DNA of 63,988 nt, counting the filler, from Limisphaerales bacterium (GTDB lineage Bacteria > Verrucomicrobiota > Verrucomicrobiia > Limisphaerales > SIBE01): assembly GCA_044225505.1 (NCBI GenBank). It is 3 parts of 3 records of this genome, joined end to end, with 100 filler letters (N's around TTAATTAATTAA, not from the genome) between each part and the next. Parts side by side here need not be neighbours in the genome. Positions count along the whole stretch, not along the records: positions 1 to 22,403 come from JBGAIN010000141.1; 2 more parts are not named here. One strand, 5' to 3'. Positions 10,668-21,506 of this stretch are shown one piece after another (positions within the stretch are counted from its first letter, which is position 1; the number at the start of each line of letters is the position of its first letter). Position numbers and translations under genes: made by a program. Below the pieces are notes generated by a model. It had not been told where the DNA came from and searched no databases. It was given only the letters and a program-made list of their open reading frames with translations.

Positions 10668-13547
10668 ATGCGGAGACTGATTTGGAATGCCCGATCGTTC
10701 GCCCCGCCTTTTCCCAAAGGCCGGCCGAACACCATTTTCGCGCAACTCCAGTCTAACCTGCCAATTCAGCCTCTTGCCTGGACGCCGTGTTGCGCGGTCC
10801 TAGCCAGCCTTATTTTCACCTGCACGGGGGGGAGCGCCATCGCCGCTCGTGTCGAAAAGGAGGCCACCGCATCCGCTGCTCAGGCGGCGGCGACTTCACC
10901 TCAAGGTCCTCAAGATCAAGGGTTTCCCACACCCACAGCACCCAATCCCGCGCTCCGCGAACTGACGCAGGTGGCCCAGATTCGCAATCTCGCTCCGCAA
11001 GAAGCGTCCCGCGGCTATCCCGTCCGGGTCACGGGCGTGGTGACCCATCAGGATCCCGAGCTTAGCCTGCAATTTGTGCAGGATGAGACCGCTGGAATCT
11101 ATTTGGAGCTCCTGGATCCCGCCTCCCAACGGCTGCCGGAATCGGGTCACCGTGTTGAAATCACGGGATTTAGCAGTCCTGGGGACTACGCGCCGCTCAT
11201 TCGGGTCCAGAGCGTTCAGGACCTTGGCGAGTCCTCTCCGCCCACACCGAAAAACGCGACCTTGAGGATGCTGTTGACGGGTGCGGAAGACAGCCAATGG
11301 GTTGCTGTGACGGGAGTGGTTCGCAGCCAGGTCGTGCGCGACAACCATACGATCCTGGGCCTTTCGACGGACGATGGCCGAGTGAACGTAACCATTCCAG
11401 AGGCGAACAAGCACCCCGCCCCCCGGCGTTACGAAAACCAAACGGTTGAAGTCCACGCCGTCTGCGCAACCGTGTTCAACGAGCGCCGGCAACTGCAAGG
11501 CGTGGAGTTGCATGCACCCTCGTGGAGCCGCATCCTGATCAAAGAGACTTCCTCTGAAGACCCCACAAAGCTGCCGCTTTCGCACGTCAACGAACTGCTG
11601 CAGTTCAACCCTGGCCAGAATGGACCTCGCCGTTCGCGTATTCAGGGAATCGTCACGTTGCGTCAAGCGAACGGTATCGTCTTCGTCCAAGACGACACCG
11701 GTGGCGTGCGGATTCAGGCGAGTGACTCCGCGGCGGCCCTCACAGCGCGTCAGGCCGTGGAAGTCGTCGGTCTGCCCAGCGTTTCCGAGCGTCTCCCCTT
11801 GTTGAAGGATGCGATCTTCAAATCCGCCACGAATCGATGGATAGTACCGCCGCTGGTTTTGAGGCCAGACGGGGCACTCAACCCATCATTTCATGCGACG
11901 CTCGTTTCGATGGAAGGTCGCGTCATCGGTCACTCCACCCGGACACGAGACGAGACTCTGACGATTCAATTCGGTCCCCTCATGACCGACGCGGTGCTGG
12001 AAACCGCTCACAACTCCGCCGAACTTTCCCACGTGACGATGGGCAGCGTGGTTCGTCTCACGGGCGTTTATTCTGCTCACCTGGACGAGGACGGGAACGG
12101 GCAGTCATTTCAGTTGCTCCTGCGCGATGCCGGGGACGTGCTTTTGCTTTCCCAGCCAAGCTGGTGGACACCCCGGCGGATTCTATGGGCCACGACCGGT
12201 TCTGGCGTGGCCCTCTGCGGGGCAGTCGCCTGGATCTGGCTGCTTCGACGCGAAGTCCAAGGTCGCACGCGCGAACTTCAGGAAGAAATCGCGGAACGCA
12301 AATCGTTGGTCGACAAACTGCGGAAATTGTCGCGGGCGGTCGAGCATAGTCCGACGAGCATTGTTATCACAGACACTGCCGGACGCATCGAATACGTTAA
12401 TCCCAAGTTCACCCGTCTCACCGGATACTCCGCCGAGGAAGTGATTGGACAAACGCCTGCGATCCTAAAATCGGGCTCGACACCGCCCGAAGACTACCGG
12501 CGTTTATGGAACGTCCTCCGGGCCGGGCAAGAATGGCAGGGTGAATTTCACAACAAGAAAAAGAACGGCGACCTTTACTGGGAGTATGCGTTTATTTCGC
12601 CGATCACCAACCCCGACGGGGAAATTACCCACTACGTCGCTGTTAAAGAAGATATTACCGATCGCAAACGGTCTGAAGCGGAACTGAAAGAGACGCATCA
12701 GAAACTGCTGGACGCTTCCCGTCAAGCGGGCATGGCCGAAGTCGCCACCAGCGTTCTGCACAACGTCGGCAACGTGTTGAACAGCGTCAACGTCTCGGCC
12801 AGTCTGGTGGTTGACCAGATCCAACATTCCCGGGCGGCGGGTTTGAAAAAGATGGTGACCTTGTTGCGCGCGCACGAAGGGGACCTGGCCCATTTCATGA
12901 CCGAAGACCCGAAAGGCAAGCAGGTCCTTCCCTACCTGGAGGGGATGGCCGACCAGCTTGATCAAGAGCAAACGGGCGCGCTGCAAGAGCTGGAGTTGCT
13001 CACGAAGAACATCGAACACATCAAGGACATCGTCTCGGTCCAACAAGCTTACGCCAAAGTTTCCGGCGTCATCGAAACCGTGAGTGTCAAGGAACTGATA
13101 GAGGATGCCTTGCGGATGAACGTCGGCGCGCTCACCCGGCACGAGATTCAGGTCAGCCGCGAGTACCAACCGGCCCTGCCCAGCATTGCGGTCGAAAAAC
13201 ACAAAGTCTTGCAGATCCTGGTCAACCTGATCAGCAACGCCAAGACGGCTTGTCACGATTCTGGCCGCCCGGACAAACGATTAGCCATCTCCGCACGTAA
13301 CGGCGGCTGCTGGATCCGCATTGCGATCTCTGACAACGGCGTTGGAATTGCAGGGGAAAACTTAACGCGGATTTTTAGTCACGGATTCACCACGCGCCAA
13401 GGTGGGCATGGCTTTGGTCTGCATAGCGGCGCACTGGCTGCCCGGGAACTGGGTGGACAGCTGCTCGTCCAGAGTGAAGGACTTGGTCGCGGAGCCACGT
13501 TCACACTGGAATTACCGGTCAAAACGCTGAAGACGGGCGAAGCCTAA
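10668..13547 (+). CDS. membrane PAS-domain sensor histidine kinase with repeated extracytoplasmic domains
   Basis: Repeated GVVT...FVQDxTxG modules, TM segment, PAS/PAC, H-box ATSVLHNVGN, N/G1/F/G2 boxes. Start uncertain. Confidence 0.9.
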   Translation: MRRLIWNARSFAPPFPKGRPNTIFAQLQSNLPIQPLAWTPCCAVLASLIFTCTGGSAIAARVEKEATASAAQAAATSPQGPQDQGFPTPTAPNPALRELTQVAQIRNLAPQEASRGYPVRVTGVVTHQDPELSLQFVQDETAGIYLELLDPASQRLPESGHRVEITGFSSPGDYAPLIRVQSVQDLGESSPPTPKNATLRMLLTGAEDSQWVAVTGVVRSQVVRDNHTILGLSTDDGRVNVTIPEANKHPAPRRYENQTVEVHAVCATVFNERRQLQGVELHAPSWSRILIKETSSEDPTKLPLSHVNELLQFNPGQNGPRRSRIQGIVTLRQANGIVFVQDDTGGVRIQASDSAAALTARQAVEVVGLPSVSERLPLLKDAIFKSATNRWIVPPLVLRPDGALNPSFHATLVSMEGRVIGHSTRTRDETLTIQFGPLMTDAVLETAHNSAELSHVTMGSVVRLTGVYSAHLDEDGNGQSFQLLLRDAGDVLLLSQPSWWTPRRILWATTGSGVALCGAVAWIWLLRREVQGRTRELQEEIAERKSLVDKLRKLSRAVEHSPTSIVITDTAGRIEYVNPKFTRLTGYSAEEVIGQTPAILKSGSTPPEDYRRLWNVLRAGQEWQGEFHNKKKNGDLYWEYAFISPITNPDGEITHYVAVKEDITDRKRSEAELKETHQKLLDASRQAGMAEVATSVLHNVGNVLNSVNVSASLVVDQIQHSRAAGLKKMVTLLRAHEGDLAHFMTEDPKGKQVLPYLEGMADQLDQEQTGALQELELLTKNIEHIKDIVSVQQAYAKVSGVIETVSVKELIEDALRMNVGALTRHEIQVSREYQPALPSIAVEKHKVLQILVNLISNAKTACHDSGRPDKRLAISARNGGCWIRIAISDNGVGIAGENLTRIFSHGFTTRQGGHGFGLHSGALAARELGGQLLVQSEGLGRGATFTLELPVKTLKTGEA

Positions 13548-13649
13548 TGGATTCGGCTATGTCATTAATACGTCAATCGCGCGTCCACAGGCCCAAACCA
13601 GGACGTTGCGGTGACTGGCACCAAACGCTTATCCACCCGAAGAGGTCTC

Positions 13650-15533
13650 ATGTCTAACCAAGGTCATCCTCTCGCCGGGCGTATTTTGATCGTTGACGAC
13701 AACGAAGCCATTCACCAGGACTTTCGCAAGATCCTGGCACCGACACGCCGATCGGCCGCCGGACTTGATGAGCTTGAAACCAGCCTCTTCGGGGATTCCG
13801 CGGGTAAGCATCAGCGCACCTTCCAACTGGATTCCGCGTTCCAAGGCCAGGAAGCGTTAGCCAAGTTGAAGGCGGCCAAGGCGGCCGGACAGCCTTACAT
13901 GATGGCTTTTATGGACGTCCGCATGCCTCCGGGTTGGGATGGTGTCGAAACTACCTCCCGGCTCTGGGAAGAAGATCCTGACTTGCAAGTGGTGATTTGC
14001 ACGGCCTATTCGGATTACTCGCTCGACTCGCTGATTCAGCGGCTGGGTCATTCGGATCGCATGGTCATTCTGAAAAAGCCTTTTGACACGATCGAAGTTC
14101 TGCAACTGGCCAGCGCGTTAACCGAAAAGTGGCGGCTAACCCGAGCAGCGAGACAACGGGTCGATGATCTGGAGCAAGTCGTCCATGAACGAACGGTCGA
14201 ACTCCAAAAGGCCAACGAACGCCTCCAAGTCGAGTCTCAACGCGCCAACGACCTGGCCACAGCCGCGATGGCGGGAAGCCGCGCCAAGAGCGAATTCCTC
14301 GCCGTGATGAGCCACGAGATCCGCACTCCGATGAACGGGATCATCGGCATGACGGACTTGCTGCTCGAAACCGCCCTCGGCCCGGAGCAACGCAGCTACG
14401 CGCTCACGGTCAAGCAGAGCGCGGATGCGTTGCTGACGATCCTCAACGACATCTTGGATTCATCGCGGATTGAAGCGGGCAAACTGACGCTGGAATCCAT
14501 CGATTTTGATGTGCATCACATGGCCAAGGGAGCCGTGGACCTGCTGACCGAACGAGCCAAAACGAAAGGGCTCGATCTTCGATTCACCATGGCCAGCGCG
14601 GTGCCTGGATACCTCCGCGGGGATCCGCATCGCCTGCGCCAACTACTGCTCAATCTCCTCAGCAACGCCATCAAATTTACCGAGAAAGGGTATGTCGAGC
14701 TCACCTTGAAGAGCGAAAGCCATCCAGATGGCTCCATTCAATTGCATTGCGCCGTCCGGGATACAGGCATTGGCCTATCCGCTGAAGCGCAGCACAAACT
14801 GTTTCAGCCATTCAGCCAGGCGGACGCGTCCACCTCCCGCAAATACGGCGGCACGGGCCTCGGCCTGGCGATCTGTCGAAAGCTCGTCGAAATGATGGGG
14901 GGTCAGATCGGAGTCGATAGCGCGGAAGGTCAAGGCTCCATCTTCTGGTTCAACGTGCGTCTGACGCAACCGACCGGTCCCAGGCCAACTCCCACCGCCA
15001 AACCGAGCGGCGGTGCCAATACCGCCATGTTCGCCCCGGGCAAAGGCCCTCGCCTTTTGTTGGTCGAGGACGATCCCGTCAATTGCCGAGTCGCAGGCCA
15101 ACAACTACGGCGTTTGGGTTGCGAGTTCGATATCGCACACAACGGCCGGGACGCTTTCAACCGCTGGCAAGACGGCGCCTACCATCTCATCTTCATGGAT
15201 TGCCACATGCCCGAAATGGACGGGTTCACCGCCGCCAGGAAAATCCGCGATGCGGAGAAAGAGCATGGACGGAACCGCACTTGCATCGTGGCGCTGACTG
15301 CCGCCGCGATGGACGGCGATCGTGAAGCGTGCTTGAAGGCTGGCATGGACGATTACCTTTCCAAGCCGGTCAAGATTGAGGGACTGCGCATGATCCTACT
15401 GCGCAATTTGTCGCCGGAGCTCCTCCAGCAGGAAGCCGCTCCGGCCGTCGCCGCCCGACCGCCCGCGGAGACTCCCGCACCGGTCACTCAGGCCGACATT
15501 GTGCCGCCGCTGGCCCCAACATCGCCTCGGTAA
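13650..15533 (+). CDS. hybrid REC-HisKA-HATPase-REC sensor kinase/response regulator
   Basis: N-terminal receiver (ILIVDD...FMDVRMP), [12 protein letters not shown]-box, GGTGLGL, C-terminal receiver (IFMDCHMP). Confidence 0.93.
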   Translation: MSNQGHPLAGRILIVDDNEAIHQDFRKILAPTRRSAAGLDELETSLFGDSAGKHQRTFQLDSAFQGQEALAKLKAAKAAGQPYMMAFMDVRMPPGWDGVETTSRLWEEDPDLQVVICTAYSDYSLDSLIQRLGHSDRMVILKKPFDTIEVLQLASALTEKWRLTRAARQRVDDLEQVVHERTVELQKANERLQVESQRANDLATAAMAGSRAKSEFLAVMSHEIRTPMNGIIGMTDLLLETALGPEQRSYALTVKQSADALLTILNDILDSSRIEAGKLTLESIDFDVHHMAKGAVDLLTERAKTKGLDLRFTMASAVPGYLRGDPHRLRQLLLNLLSNAIKFTEKGYVELTLKSESHPDGSIQLHCAVRDTGIGLSAEAQHKLFQPFSQADASTSRKYGGTGLGLAICRKLVEMMGGQIGVDSAEGQGSIFWFNVRLTQPTGPRPTPTAKPSGGANTAMFAPGKGPRLLLVEDDPVNCRVAGQQLRRLGCEFDIAHNGRDAFNRWQDGAYHLIFMDCHMPEMDGFTAARKIRDAEKEHGRNRTCIVALTAAAMDGDREACLKAGMDDYLSKPVKIEGLRMILLRNLSPELLQQEAAPAVAARPPAETPAPVTQADIVPPLAPTSPR

Positions 15534-15618
15534 CCGGCCGCATTTTTCACGGTCGCGACTGTCGTAAACCTCCGCGGGGAAGACCGACAATCCCAACAGC
15601 GCATTTCCTGACGCCGGT

Positions 15619-16830
15619 TTACCCTGCCTTTTGAACGTCCGGTTCCCCGATCGTTTGCTCGGAGCGACAAAGGCATTGCCACGCGGCCAGGCTGCCTAGC
15701 AGCGCAACCACCGCACACACAAAATACGGCAACGCCGCATGTGACGCATACAGCACATTTGCAAACACAGGCCCCACAATTCGGGCCAAACTCGCCACGC
15801 TCTGAGCCACTCCCAAGGTCGCCCCTTGCTCGTCCGCGGGAGTTCGGATGGAGATGAGTCCGAAAGTGGGCGGGCGATTGATCCCAGATCCGGCCGCGAA
15901 GAGCGCGAGCACGATCATCAGTCCGGCCAGCGTCGCGGTGATCGGCAGCGCCACGAGACTCACCGCCAGCAACAGCATGCTGCCGAAGATCAGTTTTTGT
16001 TCGCCGAACTTCTTATTCAACCGTCCGATCAGACCCGCTTGCAGAAAGGCCGAAAGAACGCCGCAGTAAGTGAACAAGTACCCGGCGTGGCTTTCGTCGT
16101 AATGAAATTTCTCCTTTACCAGGAGACTGAACGTGCTCTCAAAACAAGCGAAACAAAACGTCGCCAGAAAATAGATTCCGATCACAAACCCCACCGTCGG
16201 CCGGTTCAAGATGTGCATCCATTGCGCCAAACTGGGGCGCGATGGCGCATGGTCCGAGGCTGGCTTCCAACTTTCGACCAACACGAAGCAACCCAACAGG
16301 AAATTGGCAGCGCAAAACACCGCCGCGGCCCAACCGGGTCCGGGCAACCCGAACCGGGCGAACGTAAACGCGCCTAACGCTGGGCCGAAGATAAAGCCGA
16401 AGCCAAACGCCATTCCGATGAGGCCCATCCGCTGAGTCCGCTTCTCGGGAGGGGTGATATCCGCGATGTAAGCATTCGCCACCGACAGGTTCGCGCCGCA
16501 AATCCCGGCAAAGACCCGCGACGCCAGCATCACCCAAAGCCCATTCTGTCCGGTCATGGTCGATGCGATCGCGAAGAGTGCATACGATATGGCCGAACCG
16601 GCGTTGCTGATGAGGATCACTGGCCGACGTCCAATGCGATCAGAAAGGCGCCCCCATGCCGGAGCGAACAGGAACTGCATCACCGAAAACGAGGCGATGA
16701 TCATCCCGATTTCGAAGCCGGACGCCCCGAAACGTTTGCTGTAGATCGGCAGCAGCGGCATGACAATGCCGAAGCCAACCAGGTCAATGAAGACGCTCAA
16801 AAATATGATCAGGAGTGACGGTCTTTTCAT
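15619..16830 (-). CDS. MFS transporter, TetA/DHA1-like
   Basis: GRLSDRIGRRPV motif A, GFIFGPALG motif C, about 12 TM segments. Confidence 0.92.
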   Translation of the reverse strand: MKRPSLLIIFLSVFIDLVGFGIVMPLLPIYSKRFGASGFEIGMIIASFSVMQFLFAPAWGRLSDRIGRRPVILISNAGSAISYALFAIASTMTGQNGLWVMLASRVFAGICGANLSVANAYIADITPPEKRTQRMGLIGMAFGFGFIFGPALGAFTFARFGLPGPGWAAAVFCAANFLLGCFVLVESWKPASDHAPSRPSLAQWMHILNRPTVGFVIGIYFLATFCFACFESTFSLLVKEKFHYDESHAGYLFTYCGVLSAFLQAGLIGRLNKKFGEQKLIFGSMLLLAVSLVALPITATLAGLMIVLALFAAGSGINRPPTFGLISIRTPADEQGATLGVAQSVASLARIVGPVFANVLYASHAALPYFVCAVVALLGSLAAWQCLCRSEQTIGEPDVQKAG

Positions 16831-17045
16831 GAAATTCTGCTCGAACCGGGCGGCAAGCTAGCGTAACCAAAACAAAATTGCTAACCCTGAGTTGCGCTTA
16901 CGGGAACAATCCAAACTTATACCCCCGCTTCGGCCCGGGGATCATGCCCGAGGACATTGACTTCAAGCTTTCTTACCCAACGAAAATGGAACAGCTCCAA
17001 GACTCTCGTAAGATGCTTAAGAGGAGAGGTTTGGGAGAGTGTCAA

Positions 17046-17117
17046 CAAATTGCGGACACCGCGATCCCCTGGAATCCTCATTTTACGGAGCGCGACTGTG
17101 TCCGCAGGACCAGTCGC
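17046..17117. repeat. intergenic motif cluster (CAAATTGCGGACAC / TGTCCGCAGGAC), copy 1
   Basis: TGCGGACAC (17051-17059) and GTGTCCGCA (17098-17106) form a 9-bp inverted repeat. Both longer motifs recur at 21268-21486. Confidence 0.65.
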
Positions 17118-17249
17118 AGGATTCGATTTTCCGAAGCCATCGAACTATCGGGACGTTCTGGGAAGCAGCCGCGGTCCGGGAATGTCGCGAGAATTGCTGG
17201 CCGCCCGCCTGCCGTCGTTGCCTCTAAACCGCCCCAAGCTCCCGCAAAT

Positions 17250-18350
17250 TCATCGCTGCACCCGCGCACCGCCGCCGCGCATCAGACGTTCGACCTCCGC
17301 CAAACTGGCCATCGAGGTGTCTCCTGGCGTCGTCATGGCGAGCGCCCCGTGCGCTGCGCCATAATCCACGGCTTTCTGCGGATCACCCGTCGTCAGGAAT
17401 CCATAGATCAATCCCGACGCAAAGCTATCTCCCCCACCCACCCGATCGAGGATCTCGACGTTCTTTCGCTGGACCGCCTCATAAAAGGCGCCGTCGGCCC
17501 AGCAGATCGCTCCCCAATCGTTTACTGACGCCGAACGGACCGTCCGCAACGTGGTCGCTGTCACGCGGAAATTGGGGAACTCAGCAATGGCCCGTTCGAT
17601 CATCTTCTTAAAGTGCGTGACGTCGATCTCCGAGATGTTTTCGTCCACCCCCTCCACTTCAAATCCCAGGCACGCCGTAAAATCCTCTTCGTTCCCGATC
17701 ATCACGTCGACATGACGCGCAATCCGACGATTCACTTCCTGGGCGGCTTTGTGTCCGCCAATCGACTTCCAGAGAGACGGGCGATAGTTCAGGTCGTACG
17801 AGACCATCGTCCCGTATTTCTTGGCGGCTTGCACCGCTTCCTCCACTAGCCGCGGCGTGGTCTCGGAAAGCGCGGCGAAGATGCCTCCGGTGTGGAACCA
17901 GCGAACTCCGCGCCGGCCAAACAGATCGTCCCAGTCGAAATCGCCTGGTTTCAATTGCGCCGCGGCTGTGTTGCCGCGGTCGGGAACACCCACCGCGCCC
18001 CGGACCCCAAAGCCGCGTTCGGTGAAGTTAAGCCCATTGCGGATGGTCCGCCCCACTCCGTCATACGGACGCCATCGAATGAATGAGGTATCGACCCCGC
18101 CTTGCAAGATGAAATCTTCCAACAATCGGCCCACTTCATTGTCGGCAAAAGCCGTGCACAGGGCCGTGCGCATTCCAAAGCAGCGACGCAACCCGCGAGC
18201 GACGTTGTACTCGCCGCCCCCTTCCCAAACTTTGAACTCGCGTGCGGTTCGGACCCGGCCTTCGCCCGGGTCAAACCGCAACATGACCTCGCCCAGAGCG
18301 ACGAGATCGAACTGGCACTGTGCCGCAGGTTTGAGGTCCAGAGAACGCAT
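17250..18350 (-). CDS. kdgK: PfkB family sugar kinase (2-keto-3-deoxygluconate kinase-like)
   Basis: LGEVMLR, GGGEYNVA, YDLNYRPSLW, DRVGGGDSFASG. Start moved to ATG 18350. Confidence 0.85.
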   Translation of the reverse strand: MRSLDLKPAAQCQFDLVALGEVMLRFDPGEGRVRTAREFKVWEGGGEYNVARGLRRCFGMRTALCTAFADNEVGRLLEDFILQGGVDTSFIRWRPYDGVGRTIRNGLNFTERGFGVRGAVGVPDRGNTAAAQLKPGDFDWDDLFGRRGVRWFHTGGIFAALSETTPRLVEEAVQAAKKYGTMVSYDLNYRPSLWKSIGGHKAAQEVNRRIARHVDVMIGNEEDFTACLGFEVEGVDENISEIDVTHFKKMIERAIAEFPNFRVTATTLRTVRSASVNDWGAICWADGAFYEAVQRKNVEILDRVGGGDSFASGLIYGFLTTGDPQKAVDYGAAHGALAMTTPGDTSMASLAEVERLMRGGGARVQR

Positions 18351-18367
18351 GGACAGGGGCGGAAGGT

Positions 18368-19183
18368 CTAGTCCCGTAGCCGCCAGAACTTGAATGGCGT
18401 CGCGGGGCCAGGGGTGAACTCGTAACGGTTTCGCACGTTGGGCACGTCCGTGTAAGGTCCTTTTGCCTCGCTTGCGGTTTGCAAGACCGAGAGGCCCGTC
18501 CACTCAATGATCACCTTGTTCGGCTCGCGTCGAATACCAACTTTGCTACCGGCACTACCGCTGATAATGCGCGCGGCGAAGTTGGCCACCGGCCCGCCCG
18601 ATTGGCTGAAATTATAAAGGAGCCATTTGCCGCTGGCCTTTTGCCAGAAATCATCGTAACTATCGCCCACGGAAGGCTTTTGCCGGAAAACGAGCCCCGC
18701 TTGATCGCCTGCCCCCCCGGTAATCCCGGTGAACTCAACGGTCCAAATAACATCTCCTGGCACAGCCAGACTCAAACCGCTAAAGGTCTTGGTTTGCCAC
18801 CCGGGGACGAGTCCAAAAGCGCCACTGTCGTAGAGCAACGTCCCAGGCGTCGCATCCCCCGAGGGCGTTACGGGCCCATCCGCTTTATATAAACGCAACC
18901 GCGCTGTTTCGTCTCCGCCCGCCACGAAGTTCCCATAGTACTCGAAGGCAAACTCGGACATGGTCTGGGCCCCACCCTTGAGGATGACCTCATCGCCAAA
19001 CTCCACCACGCCTGCGAACGGGTAGTAAACGTTTGTCCCGCCCGTATCGGAATTGTCAAAGACAATGTCCGCTTGCGCTGGAAGGCGACTCAACGCTAAT
19101 AGGCATACTACGGTCAAAAGCAAACGGACTCGGGAGGACGCAGGCATATCAAGCTTCTTTCTCACAGTGAACTGGATTCGCAT
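18368..19183 (-). CDS. secreted beta-rich protein with short C-terminal KFWRL-ending domain
   Basis: Signal peptide ending AQA-D, beta-rich body, C-terminal VIIEWTG...LQTA...GPYTDV...FKFWRLRD. Start uncertain. Confidence 0.7.
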   Translation of the reverse strand: MRIQFTVRKKLDMPASSRVRLLLTVVCLLALSRLPAQADIVFDNSDTGGTNVYYPFAGVVEFGDEVILKGGAQTMSEFAFEYYGNFVAGGDETARLRLYKADGPVTPSGDATPGTLLYDSGAFGLVPGWQTKTFSGLSLAVPGDVIWTVEFTGITGGAGDQAGLVFRQKPSVGDSYDDFWQKASGKWLLYNFSQSGGPVANFAARIISGSAGSKVGIRREPNKVIIEWTGLSVLQTASEAKGPYTDVPNVRNRYEFTPGPATPFKFWRLRD

Positions 19184-19339
19184 TGACTGATCTCGTCCAG
19201 GCATGAGGCCCGGGCGAGGGTGCATCTTCAACTTAGCCGACGACCGTATCAGAAACGGACCTCTGAATCAAAGTATTTCATCCGCTTTTTTCTGCACACT
19301 CGCTTGACCCAAACTTCACCACCTGCGACACATAGACTC

Positions 19340-20671
19340 ATGCTCAGAATCCTCCTTTCCACCGCCATTCTTTCCTCTGGCGCGTTGCTCATCACGGCCG
19401 AGGATTACACCCTCCATTCCTTCAAAAAGACCCAGGTCACCGACCACTTCTGGTCCGAAGGCGCTTACTTCGGCGATTTCAACAAAGACGGTACCATGGA
19501 TGTCGTTTCCGGCCCGTTCTGGTATGAAGGCCCGGACTTTAAGAAACAGCACGAGTACTATCCCGCCAAAGCCACCTTCACGCGCAAAGGCGCCGATGGC
19601 AAAGACGAAACCATTCCTGGTTACGAAGGCAGCCTCGGCACTAAAAACGCCTATTCCGACGATTTCCTGACCTACACCTACGATTTTAATAAAGACGGCT
19701 GGACGGACATTCTGATCATCGGCTTTCCCGGGGCCGAAACGTTCTGGTACGAGAACCCGCGCGGCAAGGAAGGCCACTGGCCCCGGCACGTCGCGATCGA
19801 TGTCACCGACAACGAATCCCCCGGCTTTACCGATATCAATGGCGATGGCAAACCCGAACTGATCTGCAATTCCAAAGGCTTTTTCGGCTATGCCACCCCG
19901 GACTGGGACAACCCGGACAACGTTTGGAAATTCCATCCCATCTCACCGAATAATAACTATCACCGCTACACCCACGGACTCGGAGTCGGCGATGTCGACG
20001 GAGACGGTCGCATGGATCTTCTCGAAAAAGATGGGTGGTGGGAACAACCCTCCTCGCTCGCGGGCGATCCCGTTTGGAAACGGCATCCCTACCCTTTCGC
20101 CCCGGGCACGGGCAGTTCCCAGATGTTTGCCTACGACGTCAATGGCGACGGCTTGAACGACGTCATCACCAGCTTGAACCCGCACGGCTACGGTTTTGCC
20201 TGGTACGAACAAGTCAAACAAAACGCCGATATCAGCTTCCGCAAACACTATATCCTGAACGAACAGACCGATAAAGACAAACGCCCCGCGCCCAACCGTT
20301 ACGGCGTCATCTTCTCCCAACACCATGCCGTGGACCTCATTGATATGGACGGCGACGGCATCAAAGACATCGTCACGGGCAAACGGTTCTGGGCGCACGG
20401 CCCGGAAGGCGACGCGGAACCGAGCGCCCCTGCTGTGCTTTATTGGTTTAAGCTCGTGCGCTTGCCGAGTCACCAGGTCGAGTTCATCCCTTACCAGATC
20501 GATGATAACTCGGGCGTGGGCACCCAGGTCGCGGCCGCGATCGCTCGGACCAACGCCCTGCCCGATATCGTCGTCGGCAATAAAAAGGGCACCTTCGTCT
20601 TCCAACACGAAACCAAAAAGGTCAGCCAAGCGGAATGGGAACGCGCCCAGCCTAAGGCGCAGTCGAACTAA
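19340..20671 (+). CDS. secreted FG-GAP/VCBS repeat protein
   Basis: Signal peptide and repeated DxNxDGxxD motifs (DFNKDGTMD, DINGDGKPE, DVDGDGRMD, DVNGDGLND, DMDGDGIKD). Confidence 0.9.
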   Translation: MLRILLSTAILSSGALLITAEDYTLHSFKKTQVTDHFWSEGAYFGDFNKDGTMDVVSGPFWYEGPDFKKQHEYYPAKATFTRKGADGKDETIPGYEGSLGTKNAYSDDFLTYTYDFNKDGWTDILIIGFPGAETFWYENPRGKEGHWPRHVAIDVTDNESPGFTDINGDGKPELICNSKGFFGYATPDWDNPDNVWKFHPISPNNNYHRYTHGLGVGDVDGDGRMDLLEKDGWWEQPSSLAGDPVWKRHPYPFAPGTGSSQMFAYDVNGDGLNDVITSLNPHGYGFAWYEQVKQNADISFRKHYILNEQTDKDKRPAPNRYGVIFSQHHAVDLIDMDGDGIKDIVTGKRFWAHGPEGDAEPSAPAVLYWFKLVRLPSHQVEFIPYQIDDNSGVGTQVAAAIARTNALPDIVVGNKKGTFVFQHETKKVSQAEWERAQPKAQSN

Positions 20672-20758
20672 ACTGATTCACGCCTGCGCCCCCTGCGCTT
20701 GGCCATCAGAACGCTGATCTCCTGCGGTTAACTCGCGGAGGCAAAACGGCTTTTCATC

Positions 20759-21103
20759 CTATTGCCTCCGGGGCTTGGCCGGGTGCGGTAGGTCAATTCC
20801 CCAATGCTGCCAGGGAGCGCCCTGGTTTTTCACGATCTTCAACCCACACGCGCGGCAGATCGCCCAGCGACGGCGCGCCCGCTTGCGCTCGGCTAAGGCT
20901 CGGACGCAATGGCCACTCGGCGCGATACAAAGCACCGACGGCGTGACGCACACCCCCTCGACGCAGCTCGGGCATTGGAAAAACTGGCAGCGCACCGGTG
21001 CGGGAGCTGAAGTGGCGTAGGAAGGAGCCGTGGAACTCGGGCTGGCGACAGGATCGGGATGGTCGTGCAGAGCCTCAGGTTGGTTTGGTTTCTGAGCGTT
21101 CAT
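20759..21103 (-). CDS. small Cys-rich hypothetical protein
   Basis: 114 aa from ATG 21103 with CQFFQCPSC...C...C...C and CRAC motifs; no recognisable family. Confidence 0.45.
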   Translation of the reverse strand: MNAQKPNQPEALHDHPDPVASPSSTAPSYATSAPAPVRCQFFQCPSCVEGVCVTPSVLCIAPSGHCVRALAERKRARRRWAICRACGLKIVKNQGAPWQHWGIDLPHPAKPRRQ

Positions 21104-21267
21104 CTCGATATCAAAACAACGGCGGTGCGGCGCACGCGAAGCCGGACGCGATATCTCGTGCCAAGCGGGAGAATCCCCGCTCAAACTTAACCCTAACGCT
21201 CCCTGCAAAAGCTCTAGGTGAAACCGGCCGTATCCGCAATCTTTTCTAAATTTGATGGGTGCGGCTA

Positions 21268-21486
21268 TGTCCGCAGGACTAAATGGAAAGAACCAAGGGT
21301 GGCACCGATCGGCGATGGTCCGTTACGTGTTGGAGCTCGGCGTCCCGTAGCCGACGAAGTCATGCGGCGGATTTCCCTGCGAATTGGGGCCTTCCTTTCC
21401 GCCTCCTCACCTCGGCCGCTACCATGGCAAAACAGGCTCCGAACGGCAGGAGACCTGGTTCCGACGATTCCGCAAATTGCGGACAC
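21268..21486. repeat. intergenic motif cluster, copy 2 (motif order swapped)
   Basis: TGTCCGCAGGAC at 21268-21279 and CAAATTGCGGACAC at 21473-21486; palindrome CCGCAA-A-TTGCGG at 21470-21482. Confidence 0.65.
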
Positions 21487-21506
21487 GTCGCGGCGCCAGC
21501 ATCGTT

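Noticed and set aside
15619..16830. Tetracycline resistance gene
   Set aside because: Generic DHA1-type MFS with no tetR or mobile context; substrate cannot be inferred.
16878..17528. 216-aa plus-strand ORF
   Set aside because: No recognisable motifs, and it overlaps the kdgK-like gene in antisense; likely spurious.
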